Positions 24,913 through 24,978 of a stretch of 24,978 nt of DNA are shown here, in pieces. The notes beneath the pieces were generated by a model that was not told the origin of the DNA, did not search any database, and worked only from the letters and a program-made list of their open reading frames with translations. The DNA is taken from the IMG/VR virus record IMGVR_UViG_3300007231_000044, positions 1 through 24,978 of that record. One strand, 5' to 3'. The translations under genes were made by a program, and so were the position numbers. This DNA is from a virus. Its lineage: Duplodnaviria; Caudoviricetes. How positions within the stretch are numbered: the first letter of the stretch is position 1; each line of letters starts with the position of its first letter.

Positions 24913-24978
24913 TTATCCTTCTAACGCTGCAACTCTAGTAGTTAAAGCATCTATTTTATTATCAGCTTCTTGCAAAGC
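24913..24978 (-). CDS. C-terminal end of a probable tail fibre with intramolecular chaperone coiled coil (partial)
   Basis: Manual translation ALQEADNKIDALTTRVAALEG* resembles the terminal coiled coil that follows peptidase S74 chaperone domains. Only 21 residues are visible. Confidence 0.55.
   Translation of the reverse strand, partial: ALQEADNKIDALTTRVAALEG

Overview
This window is part of a tailed dsDNA phage genome that looks like an aquatic or marine short-tailed (podovirus-like) phage; I saw no tRNA, rRNA, CRISPR array or transposase. It has three blocks. (1) A leftward accessory operon at 1-2226 encodes a curli/type VIII secretion-like system: a small membrane protein, CsgF, the CsgG outer-membrane pore lipoprotein, and a secreted curlin-like repeat protein that the ORF track missed and the window edge cuts off. 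It sits directly downstream of an SNF2 helicase. (2) A rightward replication module at 3820-11451 holds a conserved protein, an SSB-like protein, an AEP-type primase, a UvrD-like helicase, a Leu762-type family A DNA polymerase, an RHH-like regulator and a PD-(D/E)XK nuclease. It is driven from a dyad-symmetric bidirectional promoter region at 3697-3819. (3) A leftward late module at 11405-24978 holds the end of a tail fibre, a tail nozzle-like protein, a GH24 lysozyme, a cluster of tiny very basic proteins, a holin-like protein and four putative internal/ejection proteins that share short peptide motifs (MxxGG, QGIM[SD]). The phage-borne curli-like secretion operon with its own candidate substrate is the most notable feature. 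All family assignments come from motif recognition by eye, not from database searches.
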